A stretch of 52,215 bases of DNA from an uncultured Bacteroidales bacterium (GTDB taxonomy: Bacteria > Bacteroidota > Bacteroidia > Bacteroidales > Paludibacteraceae), in assembly GCA_937872735.1 (NCBI GenBank), contig CALMUD010000108.1, forward strand, positions 1 to 52,215, read 5' to 3'. The position numbers and the translations under genes are program-made. Below, in pieces: positions 19,670 to 27,609 of the stretch. Under the pieces are notes generated by a model that was not told the origin of the DNA, made no database searches, and was given only the letters and a program-made list of their open reading frames with translations. The stretch's first letter is position 1, and each line of letters opens with the position of its first letter.

Positions 19670-19701
19670 AAAACAGAATTAAGTGAATGATAAACCTAAA
19701 A

Positions 19702-20505
19702 TCAACCACACAAAGCATATAAATCGCCTCGCGGATTTATGACCATAACAGGAACCGTGCTTCTCTTAATCACTTTTAGTTCCTTTGGTCCAAACAAAAT
19801 GTCGTCCAGCCCATAATCTCGTGAAGCAGAAATCATAAGCAGGGACACATTATAACTGGCCGCAACATCGGCAGCCTCAATTTCCACATGGAAACTATCC
19901 TTATGGGCTTCCATTTCCTGAAATTTGACATCTGACTTCTCCAGCAAAGTACGGATAGCATCAGCGGTTTGACGCGCACGGCTGCCATAATCCTTAGCAG
20001 GCATCAGCATTATCTCCGAATTGAAATAACGTCCCAGACTGCTACTGAAGGGCCCTTTCTCCCGTTCTTCCATCAAAAAACCGACAGGGACCAAAATACG
20101 GTCGAAAGAAATGTTTTGTCCTTCTCTGACAAAAAAATAGGGAACACGCAAACTGCGACAAACATCCAATAGTTTTTGAGGATGCGAAAATGGCCACGCC
20201 TTATCATTTAGCTGAAATATGAGCATTGAAGCCTCACTTTGCTCAATAATGTCCGTGAAATCATCAAGTGGCGACATCACACGATAATTGATCTGGACAT
20301 CGGGGCATGCCTCGCTGTTCTGATTCACCCACTGGGCAAAGACCGAATCGTAAGAACTCAAATCCTGGCCTTTTTTGAACGGCACACCCAAAAAGCAAAC
20401 ATCCTTGCGATAGGCTGAAGCCAGTTCACAAGCCATTTTAAAACCTACGGATGGAAAGAAATCAGGCGTTGCCGCCAAAAAAATCTGTTGTTTGAATGTT
20501 GCCAT
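19702..20505 (-). CDS. Divergent tandem universal-stress-protein-like protein
   Basis: The second half shows a USP-like layout (ILVPVGF...LLMISASRDYG...VIKRSTVPVMVI). The G-x2-G-x9-G(S/T) ATP motif is not evident. Start set at ATG 20505; the ORF-track start is TTG. Confidence 0.4.
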   Translation of the reverse strand: MATFKQQIFLAATPDFFPSVGFKMACELASAYRKDVCFLGVPFKKGQDLSSYDSVFAQWVNQNSEACPDVQINYRVMSPLDDFTDIIEQSEASMLIFQLNDKAWPFSHPQKLLDVCRSLRVPYFFVREGQNISFDRILVPVGFLMEEREKGPFSSSLGRYFNSEIMLMPAKDYGSRARQTADAIRTLLEKSDVKFQEMEAHKDSFHVEIEAADVAASYNVSLLMISASRDYGLDDILFGPKELKVIKRSTVPVMVINPRGDLYALCG

Positions 20506-20533
20506 AATATAATGCGTCAATCAGAGAAAAATA

Positions 20534-21127
20534 TCATTTGGATTTTGGAGAATCATACGAGCCTCCAATTACGAGGCCAAAAGTAGCATAGAAATGATTG
20601 TCTTGACTTCCTGATAATGTTGGGCACATACGCACCCAACTCCAGTTATACCCAACCGAAAATTCAAAATTCTTTTCTATATAGAGATTGACTCCCATAT
20701 TCATACCTATATCTTGATTGGCAAATTCTGAATTATGATTTGATACATCTATGTCAAGCCAATCGGACAAGGTGACGTCCCAACGCGAGGAATAATAGAA
20801 ACAAGCCACTGGAGCTATTGCAAAATGGTCATCAATTACCGACTTGTGTCCGACACCAAGTTTATTGGACCAGAAACACGTGTTATGCCAATCTTCATAT
20901 TGTTCCTTGAAACTCTTGCGTTCCAGATAGGTGTCAAACTCCAATATCCAGCCTTTGGAAAATTCAGCCTCACACTTGAGGCCTGTGTTAAATCCCAAAT
21001 GTCCGTCTGTAGTCCGATCTCCATCATATAGGGAATTGATACCACCAAAAACACCAAACAGGTAGTCTTGGGCTTGAGCAGAACAAGCTGTAAAAAGAAT
21101 CAGCAACAATACAAAGACCTTTTTCAT
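20534..21127 (-). CDS. Small outer-membrane beta-barrel (porin-family, OMP_b-brl_2-like) protein, paralog 1 (most divergent)
   Basis: Signal peptide MKKVFVLLLILFTACSAQAQ with alternating beta-strand pattern. It shares GFNTGLK and VGYNW motifs with its neighbours, but the C-terminus extends past the aromatic beta-signal (YATFGLVIGGSYDSPKSK). Confidence 0.6.
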   Translation of the reverse strand: MKKVFVLLLILFTACSAQAQDYLFGVFGGINSLYDGDRTTDGHLGFNTGLKCEAEFSKGWILEFDTYLERKSFKEQYEDWHNTCFWSNKLGVGHKSVIDDHFAIAPVACFYYSSRWDVTLSDWLDIDVSNHNSEFANQDIGMNMGVNLYIEKNFEFSVGYNWSWVRMCPTLSGSQDNHFYATFGLVIGGSYDSPKSK

Positions 21128-21145
21128 AGGAATCTGTTTTTATAT

Positions 21146-21754
21146 TTAAAATAGATAAGCCAAATTAGCATAGAAATTACGGAGACGATCATTGGCCACC
21201 TCTTCCGACAAACCAATCTGTCCCCATTCATATCCTACACTCACTTGGTAATGACGCATCACATTCACGTTCACACCCACATTTACGCCCATATCAAACC
21301 GTTCAAAATTTTTCCATTGAAAAGTCTCATGATACTGACAGAAAGGGTCGTTGTCCCCATCGTCTCCCCAAAGTCCATAAGCCAAATAAACGCCCGCCTT
21401 AGGAGCCAAGTCAAATCCATTGGTAATATGAAATTTATAACCAAGATAAACAGGAATGTGCATATAATAGAGGCGAACACTCTGTTTATCGCATTTTATG
21501 GTACGGCCAGCCGCACTGAAAGTGGGAGTCCAGCTATACCCCTTGTTGGATAACAGCAACGAGCCCTCCACAAAAACACTGCTGTCTCCAATCACACCTT
21601 CTCCTTTGATACCGACATTAAAACCGGAAAGCCCATCATAATTATCATTGACTATAGAGGAGGAATTAAAACCGGCTGTCACTCCAAATTGGGCATTGGC
21701 TACAAAGATGAAGGAACATGAGGCCATTAAACAAAGTAATAATCTTTTTATCAT
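21146..21754 (-). CDS. Small outer-membrane beta-barrel protein, paralog 2
   Basis: Signal peptide ending ANAQ. Family motifs GVTAGFNSS, GFNVGIK, LLLSNKGY, LYYMHIPVYLGYKF, APKAGVYLAYGLWGDD. C-terminal beta-signal NFYANLAYLF. Confidence 0.75.
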   Translation of the reverse strand: MIKRLLLCLMASCSFIFVANAQFGVTAGFNSSSIVNDNYDGLSGFNVGIKGEGVIGDSSVFVEGSLLLSNKGYSWTPTFSAAGRTIKCDKQSVRLYYMHIPVYLGYKFHITNGFDLAPKAGVYLAYGLWGDDGDNDPFCQYHETFQWKNFERFDMGVNVGVNVNVMRHYQVSVGYEWGQIGLSEEVANDRLRNFYANLAYLF

Positions 21755-21780
21755 AACTTTTTAATAAATATAATCATCGG

Positions 21781-21788
21781 CAAAATTA
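21781..21788 (-). promoter_or_regulatory. Candidate -7 element (TAATTTTG on minus) for OMP paralog 2
   Basis: Plus-strand caaaatta lies 27 nt upstream of ATG 21754. Confidence 0.35.
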
Positions 21789-21903
21789 ACATAAAAGGGC
21801 AAAAAACATATTATGAGCTCTAAAAGTTTTGTATCTCCTAACGAGGTAACAACAAAAAAAGCGCCAAACTTATAAAAGGCTGACGTTTTTTATATTTTAT
21901 CTA

Positions 21904-22512
21904 TTAAAAGATGTATGCAAAATTGGCATAGACGTTACAGTTCTGAGAGTTAGCATATTCACAAGTTTCAATCAGACCAAACTCCCCACCTATACTCAAT
22001 TCAAAATGACGACCAAACAATGTATTGGCTCCTACACATAGTCCAGCATCAAGACGCGTATAGGAATCTGGAAAAGAACCGATTATACCATTACTGTCGC
22101 CAAATAATCCGACTGCCACATAGCCTCCACCCTTAGGGGTAATTTGAAAATTATCATTTACACTAAACGAATACCCCCAATAAATTGGAAGTTCCAAGTA
22201 ATACAAACCACACTTATATTTTTCTTTTGTATCCGAAAAAGTAGAAACACCATATTCATCTGGGTCCAATAAGGTATGGTCATTATCTGCTTCGTTCACA
22301 AAACCTTTTCTCGACAGCAACAAATCTCCCTCATAATAAAAACCGCTTACAACGTCATATTCCCATTTTCCACCAACATTAAACCCAATGCGACTATCAT
22401 AATTGGATTTCATCAAACGGGAAACATTCAGTCCCCCCGTAATGCCCAAGCGCTGCGCATTGGCACACATTACAAACATAGCAACGACTGCAATAAATAA
22501 AAATCTCTTCAT
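21904..22512 (-). CDS. Small outer-membrane beta-barrel protein, paralog 3
   Basis: Signal MKRFLFIAVVAMFVMCANAQ. Motifs GITGGLNVS, GFNVGGK, LLLSRKGF, LYYLELPIYWGYSF. Ends YANFAYIF. Confidence 0.75.
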   Translation of the reverse strand: MKRFLFIAVVAMFVMCANAQRLGITGGLNVSRLMKSNYDSRIGFNVGGKWEYDVVSGFYYEGDLLLSRKGFVNEADNDHTLLDPDEYGVSTFSDTKEKYKCGLYYLELPIYWGYSFSVNDNFQITPKGGGYVAVGLFGDSNGIIGSFPDSYTRLDAGLCVGANTLFGRHFELSIGGEFGLIETCEYANSQNCNVYANFAYIF

Positions 22513-22561
22513 TTTTCAATTATTAGAAAATTGTATTTGAGACGTCGACATCTAAAACAGA

Positions 22562-22597
22562 AAAAGCGCCAAACTTTTATAAAAGTTTGGCGCTTTT
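22562..22597 (-). terminator. Intrinsic terminator of OMP paralog 4
   Basis: aaaagcgccaaactt-ttataa-aagtttggcgctttt has perfect 15-nt arms and is followed on the minus strand by tctgtttt. Confidence 0.65.
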
Positions 22598-22614
22598 AAT
22601 AAGTTTTCTATCTA

Positions 22615-23217
22615 TTAAAAGATGTATGCAAAATTAGCATAGAAGTTACGATTCTGAGAATCATCGGAAATGTCCTTATTTACCTTGACAAGACCGAACT
22701 CATAACCCGTACTAATCTCAAAATGACGTGCGATCCAGAAATTGGCACCAATACCCAGACCTGCATCAAAACGATTGTTATCATCAACAACACCATCCGT
22801 CTTATCATTATAATCAGCAAATGGGTCACAATCCATCTTATCATCATTTCCAAACAAACCACCAGCCAAATAAATGCCTGCCTTTGGAGCTATTTGGAAA
22901 TTATCATTCACATTAAACTTATAACCCAAATTAATAGGAACTTCCAAATAATACAAATCCACGTCATCCGTCACTGATGTGAACAATACAGACTGCTCGA
23001 ATTCATAACCTTTTCTTGAAAACAATGCAGAACCTTCATAATAGAAACCCTCTGCTGCATCTGCTTCCAATTTCACACCAAGATTAAACCCAGTACGGCT
23101 ATCATAATCACCATCTGCGAAACTAGACTCGTTCAGACCAACCGTAATACCAAAATTCTGTGCATTGGCACACATTGCAAACATAGCTGCAACTGCAATA
23201 AATAAAAGTTTCTTCAT
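22615..23217 (-). CDS. Small outer-membrane beta-barrel protein, paralog 4
   Basis: Signal MKKLLFIAVAAMFAMCANAQ, near-identical to paralog 3. Motifs GITVGLNES, GFNLGVK, LYYLEVPINLGYKF. Ends NFYANFAYIF. Confidence 0.75.
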   Translation of the reverse strand: MKKLLFIAVAAMFAMCANAQNFGITVGLNESSFADGDYDSRTGFNLGVKLEADAAEGFYYEGSALFSRKGYEFEQSVLFTSVTDDVDLYYLEVPINLGYKFNVNDNFQIAPKAGIYLAGGLFGNDDKMDCDPFADYNDKTDGVVDDNNRFDAGLGIGANFWIARHFEISTGYEFGLVKVNKDISDDSQNRNFYANFAYIF

Positions 23218-23277
23218 TTCCTAATTGTTTAAAAATTTGTTATTGAAATTATAAATCATCATTAGTTTATATCACCA

Positions 23278-23285
23278 CAAATATA
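23278..23285 (-). promoter_or_regulatory. Candidate -7 element (TATATTTG on minus) for OMP paralog 4
   Basis: Plus-strand caaatata lies 61 nt upstream of ATG 23217. Confidence 0.3.
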
Positions 23286-23387
23286 TACTATATTTCTGTC
23301 CTTCACAAATAATTTTATGTTTAAAAACATAAAATTAGCGAAAAACAAAAAAAAGTAAACATTGCATTCATTGCAGAATTAAAACAA

Positions 23388-23413
23388 AAAGGCGTTCCTA
23401 TAAGAACGCCTTT
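23388..23413 (-). terminator. Intrinsic terminator of OMP paralog 5
   Basis: aaaggcgttc-ctataa-gaacgccttt has perfect 10-nt arms and is followed on the minus strand by ttgtttt. Confidence 0.6.
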
Positions 23414-23441
23414 ATATAATCACCTAACTGTTATTATCTTA

Positions 23442-24083
23442 TCAGAAAAGAAAGGCCAAATTCAAATACCAATTACGGTTCTTTGAATCATCAGACTTAA
23501 AATAAGTGACGTCATCTTCCTTAATGCCATCCCAAACATTCACCATACCGAAATCATAACCGGTACTGACTTCAAAATGCTTCTGAACATAGAAATTAAC
23601 ACCCAAATTAAAACCAAAATCAAAATTACTGAAATGATCATTAGAAATCGTTGTTTCTTTTACTTTTAAGTCATCATAAAATGGGTCATTATCATTTCCA
23701 TCGTCTCCCCATAACCCCACAGCACCGTAAATACCGACCTTTGGAGCTATTTGCAAATTTTCATTCAAGTCAAATTTATAACCGAAATTAACAGGAACGT
23801 GCAAATACCATAAAGAAAAGTTCTCTTTCAAAACATCATAACCAGCCAAACTATAATCCCACTTGCAACCCTTATTTGAAAGAAGCGCGCCTGCCTCTAT
23901 AAAAAATGGGGCAGACACCTCATCCTCCATTTTCACGCCAATGTTGAATCCAGCACGGGCGTCACAATCGCTGCCATTCCATGTAGAAACATTCAAACCT
24001 GCTGTCAATCCCCACTCTGGGTCAGCATTGACCGCAGATGCACACATTATAAATGATGCAATCAGAAGTAATACTCTCTTCAT
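23442..24083 (-). CDS. Small outer-membrane beta-barrel protein, paralog 5
   Basis: Signal MKRVLLLIASFIMCASAVNA. Motifs GLTAGLNVS, GFNIGVK, LLSNKGC, LWYLHVPVNFGYKF, APKVGIYGAVGLWGDD. Ends NWYLNLAFLF. Confidence 0.75.
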   Translation of the reverse strand: MKRVLLLIASFIMCASAVNADPEWGLTAGLNVSTWNGSDCDARAGFNIGVKMEDEVSAPFFIEAGALLSNKGCKWDYSLAGYDVLKENFSLWYLHVPVNFGYKFDLNENLQIAPKVGIYGAVGLWGDDGNDNDPFYDDLKVKETTISNDHFSNFDFGFNLGVNFYVQKHFEVSTGYDFGMVNVWDGIKEDDVTYFKSDDSKNRNWYLNLAFLF

Positions 24084-24121
24084 ATTATTATATAATTAAT
24101 GTAAATATATTTTTTCTGGCA

Positions 24122-24129
24122 CAAAAATA
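24122..24129 (-). promoter_or_regulatory. Candidate -7 element (TATTTTTG on minus) for OMP paralog 5
   Basis: Plus-strand caaaaata lies 39 nt upstream of ATG 24083. Confidence 0.35.
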
Positions 24130-24186
24130 CGCTATAATTATTGGAAAGCAAACGCCATAAAATAAAAAAACATTAATAAAACCATA

Positions 24187-25968
24187 CTACAGGGTTGTAT
24201 CTTCTCCCACTCCCCCATGCAGAGTCTGGAATACACGCAAATGAAATTGAGGAATAATGGCAAACACTTGCTCAAATACGCTGGACTGGATTTTCTCAAA
24301 ACATACCCAGTCAACCTCCTTCACAAAGAAGAACAACTCAAGCGGCAATCCATGCTCCGTCGGCTCCAATTGCCGCACCATGTGACGTTCCGACAAATCA
24401 CACAACGGATAATGCTCTATGAATTTCAACAAATAATAACGCAACACGCCTAAATTGGTTGGCTGAACTCCGTCAAAATCCTTACCTCCATTTTTCTCTA
24501 TTCGTTCTACTAACGGATGCAACCAAGCTATCTTGTCAAATGCAGCAAGTTCATCTGGAGAACAGAAATGAACTGAAGACAAATCTATATATACCGGCCG
24601 GCATATACGTCTGGACCCCTCGGAAACCATATTTCTCCAATTGATAAACGAGCCGTTGACCAACATCGAGGGAGGAATGGTTGATACCGATTTGTCAAAA
24701 TTGACAATCTTGACGGTGTGGAGTGTAACACCTTTGACAATTCCATTGGCCTTTTGGCTTGGAACGGTTACCCAATCACCAACCCGTAACATATCGTTAG
24801 ATGACAGCTGAAGACCAGAAACGAAGCCTATAATGGTATCCTTGAACACCAAAGTGAGTATGGCTGCCGATGCACCCAAACCTGTCAACAGAGTCCATGG
24901 AGAACGGTCAAAAACAATACTTACAACCAAGATGATACCGATAAGAATGATGAGGAGGCGGAACAACTGAAACACAATTCCCATAGGCCGGCCTTTCATT
25001 CCTGACAAATCACCTTGTTTCTCTACCTCTTCCAATATCTTTCGGCCTGCGCTGAGCATAGCTATAAACATACGGCACGACACAATAACAAGACAGACCT
25101 TGCACAACTTTTGCATCCACACCAGCCAAACCGAACCCGAATCAAACGATAGAGGTAACAGAAAATAAATAAGGGTGACAGGCAACAACTGCGATAGATA
25201 CTTGACCACACCATCATCAAAAATAATATCGTCCAGTTTGGTTTCTGTATATTTCACGAAATCGGCAACAAGCGGCATCAACACCAGTCGAATGAAATAA
25301 TCAAGCAGAGAAGCCAACAGTATAATAAACACCATTAGTATGCCATGTCCCACCAATAGCGCGTTCTGTAATGTGCCACCTATCATATTAAATATGAAAG
25401 CAGGAATCGCAGTGGAACCTGATTCCACCTCTGCCACAGCAGCATGAACAAAGAACGCACCCATTAATGCAAAAAACATGAATCGGATTATTTGGAACAC
25501 AAGATTCAAGGTGTGCATTTTTGGTTTTTCCTGTTCCTCTTCGTCCTCCATATCTTCCATCTGCTCCTGTATGCGGTTACTGGCTCGGAAGGCTGACATG
25601 GCAAAAAAACAGAAACCAATGAACAAAACAAGCAATGCCAGCTTGCTCAATAGAACCAAAGCAATAGTGCCCGGCTGAAAAGCCAAAGGAAGCAGCAAAT
25701 ACACTACCAGTATGGGCAAAAGATGGGAAAAGTAGACCACCACCTTGTCATCAAAAAGAATGTCATCCCACTTGTTCTCGGTTTTTTCCACAAAACGGTG
25801 AAGGGCTGGCATCACCACTTTCTGTAAAACGAGGTCTATCACAAATGCAATAGTCAAAATAGCAAGAACAGCCAACACAGCCCCACACACATCGGCAACT
25901 GATGGCAACATATTTAAAGAATGCTGCAAGAATGTGCTAAACGGAAGTTCCATGTACTCTATCAACAT
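24187..25968 (-). CDS. MscS-family mechanosensitive channel with an enlarged, internally duplicated N-terminal membrane region
   Basis: 593 aa. The C-terminal MscS core includes ...LTLVFKDTIIGFVSGLQLSSNDMLRVGDWVTV...G.V....L..T.I. The N-terminus holds two homologous membrane modules, each with a (K/T)xDDI(L/I)FDD motif. Confidence 0.8.
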   Translation of the reverse strand: MLIEYMELPFSTFLQHSLNMLPSVADVCGAVLAVLAILTIAFVIDLVLQKVVMPALHRFVEKTENKWDDILFDDKVVVYFSHLLPILVVYLLLPLAFQPGTIALVLLSKLALLVLFIGFCFFAMSAFRASNRIQEQMEDMEDEEEQEKPKMHTLNLVFQIIRFMFFALMGAFFVHAAVAEVESGSTAIPAFIFNMIGGTLQNALLVGHGILMVFIILLASLLDYFIRLVLMPLVADFVKYTETKLDDIIFDDGVVKYLSQLLPVTLIYFLLPLSFDSGSVWLVWMQKLCKVCLVIVSCRMFIAMLSAGRKILEEVEKQGDLSGMKGRPMGIVFQLFRLLIILIGIILVVSIVFDRSPWTLLTGLGASAAILTLVFKDTIIGFVSGLQLSSNDMLRVGDWVTVPSQKANGIVKGVTLHTVKIVNFDKSVSTIPPSMLVNGSFINWRNMVSEGSRRICRPVYIDLSSVHFCSPDELAAFDKIAWLHPLVERIEKNGGKDFDGVQPTNLGVLRYYLLKFIEHYPLCDLSERHMVRQLEPTEHGLPLELFFFVKEVDWVCFEKIQSSVFEQVFAIIPQFHLRVFQTLHGGVGEDTTL

Positions 25969-25981
25969 AAGCTAAACAATA

Positions 25982-26671
25982 TTATTTACCTGAACCACTG
26001 AGCAAATCTGGACGGAGACGTTTGGTACGCTCCAAGGCCTGCTCATATTCCCACTCTTTTATTTTTGCCTCATTTCCAGATGTCAGTATATCGGGCACTT
26101 TCCATCCATGATAATCGGCGGGACGGGTATAGACAGGAGGAGCCAGCAGATTATCCTGAAAAGAATCGGAAAGTGCAGATTCCACATCACTCATCGCTCC
26201 AGGAATAAGTCTGACCACCGCATCCGCCATGATGCAAGCCGCCAATTCACCTCCTGTCAGCACGAAATCACCCACAGATATTTCTTTGGTAATCAAATGC
26301 TCCCTGATGCGCTGATCTATACCTTTATAATGACCACAAAGAATAATGATATTACCCAGCAGTGACATAGAATTGGCCATGGGCTGATCAAACAGTTCTC
26401 CATCGGGGGAAGTATAAATGACCTCGTCATAGTCCCGTTCGCTTTTCAACTTGGATATGAGCCGATCTATTGGCTCTATCTGCATCACCATGCCGGCACT
26501 GAATCCGAAAGCCTTGTCATCTATCTTCTTATGCTTATCGAGCGTATAGTCACGGATATTGTGAATGTATATTTCAACCAGACCTTTGTCTATAGCTCGC
26601 TGTACAATGGAGTGACTGAGCGGACTCTCCAACAATTCGGGAACACCTGAGAGTATATCAATTCGCATCAT
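25982..26671 (-). CDS. trmD: tRNA (guanine37-N1)-methyltransferase
   Basis: 229 aa with the TrmD pattern: MRIDILS.FPE..., [46 protein letters not shown]-like. Confidence 0.9.
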   Translation of the reverse strand: MMRIDILSGVPELLESPLSHSIVQRAIDKGLVEIYIHNIRDYTLDKHKKIDDKAFGFSAGMVMQIEPIDRLISKLKSERDYDEVIYTSPDGELFDQPMANSMSLLGNIIILCGHYKGIDQRIREHLITKEISVGDFVLTGGELAACIMADAVVRLIPGAMSDVESALSDSFQDNLLAPPVYTRPADYHGWKVPDILTSGNEAKIKEWEYEQALERTKRLRPDLLSGSGK

Positions 26672-26689
26672 TTAGAAATCTGTTTTGCA

Positions 26690-26697
26690 CAAAAATA
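26690..26697 (-). promoter_or_regulatory. Candidate -7 element (TATTTTTG on minus) for the trmD-mscS unit
   Basis: Plus-strand caaaaata lies 19 nt upstream of ATG 26671. Confidence 0.35.
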
Positions 26698-26802
26698 CAC
26701 AGAAAAAACGAATTGAAACAATGTAAGTATGAAAATGGAGTCGGAATTTCAGACAAAGACAATTATAAACAGCAGAACTTTGCCCTTTTGGTTTATTTCG
26801 AG

Positions 26803-26810
26803 TACCTTTG
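26803..26810 (+). promoter_or_regulatory. Candidate -7 element (TACCTTTG) for the orphan gene
   Basis: TAnnTTTG match 29 nt upstream of ATG 26839. Confidence 0.35.
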
Positions 26811-26838
26811 TGGTATGATTTATTTGAATAGTTAGCAT

Positions 26839-27468
26839 ATGGTTACAAGCAGTAGTAAGCAGTCCAAAAAATCCATACCTACAAAAGATTTGGTAGGAGA
26901 AGAAATTCGAATGAAAATCAAGGAAATAGGCACATTATGGCGTAATTCTCCAAACAACCCTCAAATAGATGCTGAAATACTCAAAAACTGGAATAATCTG
27001 ATAGAGGAATGGATAGCAGACAAAGATATGCCATTGATTATTCGCAAAGAAACAAGCAAGCGAGGTCAATCATTTATGCATCCCAGTGGGAGAGAAATTA
27101 TCATTTCAGATAATACCGCAGCTATTTGGGTATATAATAATGTATTAAATAGAACGGAGGTTACCTTATCTCGAATTAAAGATCTATTGAGCCAAAACGA
27201 GTTGCCAATGGTTTTTATAGTGACAAAGGAGATTAAGGACAAAGCTAAATACACCAAGCCATTAGGTGAATTTGCTATGCCTGAATGGAAATTGTGTCAT
27301 ATACAACCTGTGGGATTTAATACTAATACAAGTATTGAAGGTCTGGAAATATCCGATATTGAAAACCATTTCAGAAAATATCTAAATCCCAACAATATGT
27401 TTGTACTTCCTAAAGAAATTGGTTATTTAGGGGAAATAGATGTATTTATTGAGGAACAGAAGCGATAA
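26839..27468 (+). CDS. Orphan hypothetical protein, AT-rich, with a possible His-Me-finger (HNH/DUF1524-like) nuclease motif
   Basis: 209-aa ORF and the only + strand gene in its neighbourhood. The C-terminal segment WKLCHIQPVG...(about 20 aa)...NHFRKYLNPNNMFVLPKEIG loosely resembles the (D/E)HI.P ... N..N(L/M)..LP pattern of His-Me-finger nucleases. Low-confidence inference. An alternative start is M25 (MKIKEIG). Confidence 0.5.
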   Translation: MVTSSSKQSKKSIPTKDLVGEEIRMKIKEIGTLWRNSPNNPQIDAEILKNWNNLIEEWIADKDMPLIIRKETSKRGQSFMHPSGREIIISDNTAAIWVYNNVLNRTEVTLSRIKDLLSQNELPMVFIVTKEIKDKAKYTKPLGEFAMPEWKLCHIQPVGFNTNTSIEGLEISDIENHFRKYLNPNNMFVLPKEIGYLGEIDVFIEEQKR

Positions 27469-27580
27469 AAGATATTTTGCCTTTCGTACAAGTTTCTGTG
27501 ATATTCATCATAATTCGTTAATGAACAGTCCAACTTGCACTATTCTGAGTTTTTCATTCGATTTTTCCAGAGTTTTATAA

Positions 27581-27588
27581 TAACTTTG
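27581..27588 (+). promoter_or_regulatory. Candidate -7 element (TAACTTTG) for apbE
   Basis: TAnnTTTG match 22 nt upstream of ATG 27610. Confidence 0.35.
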
Positions 27589-27609
27589 TAAAAAGACAAC
27601 AAGCATAGA

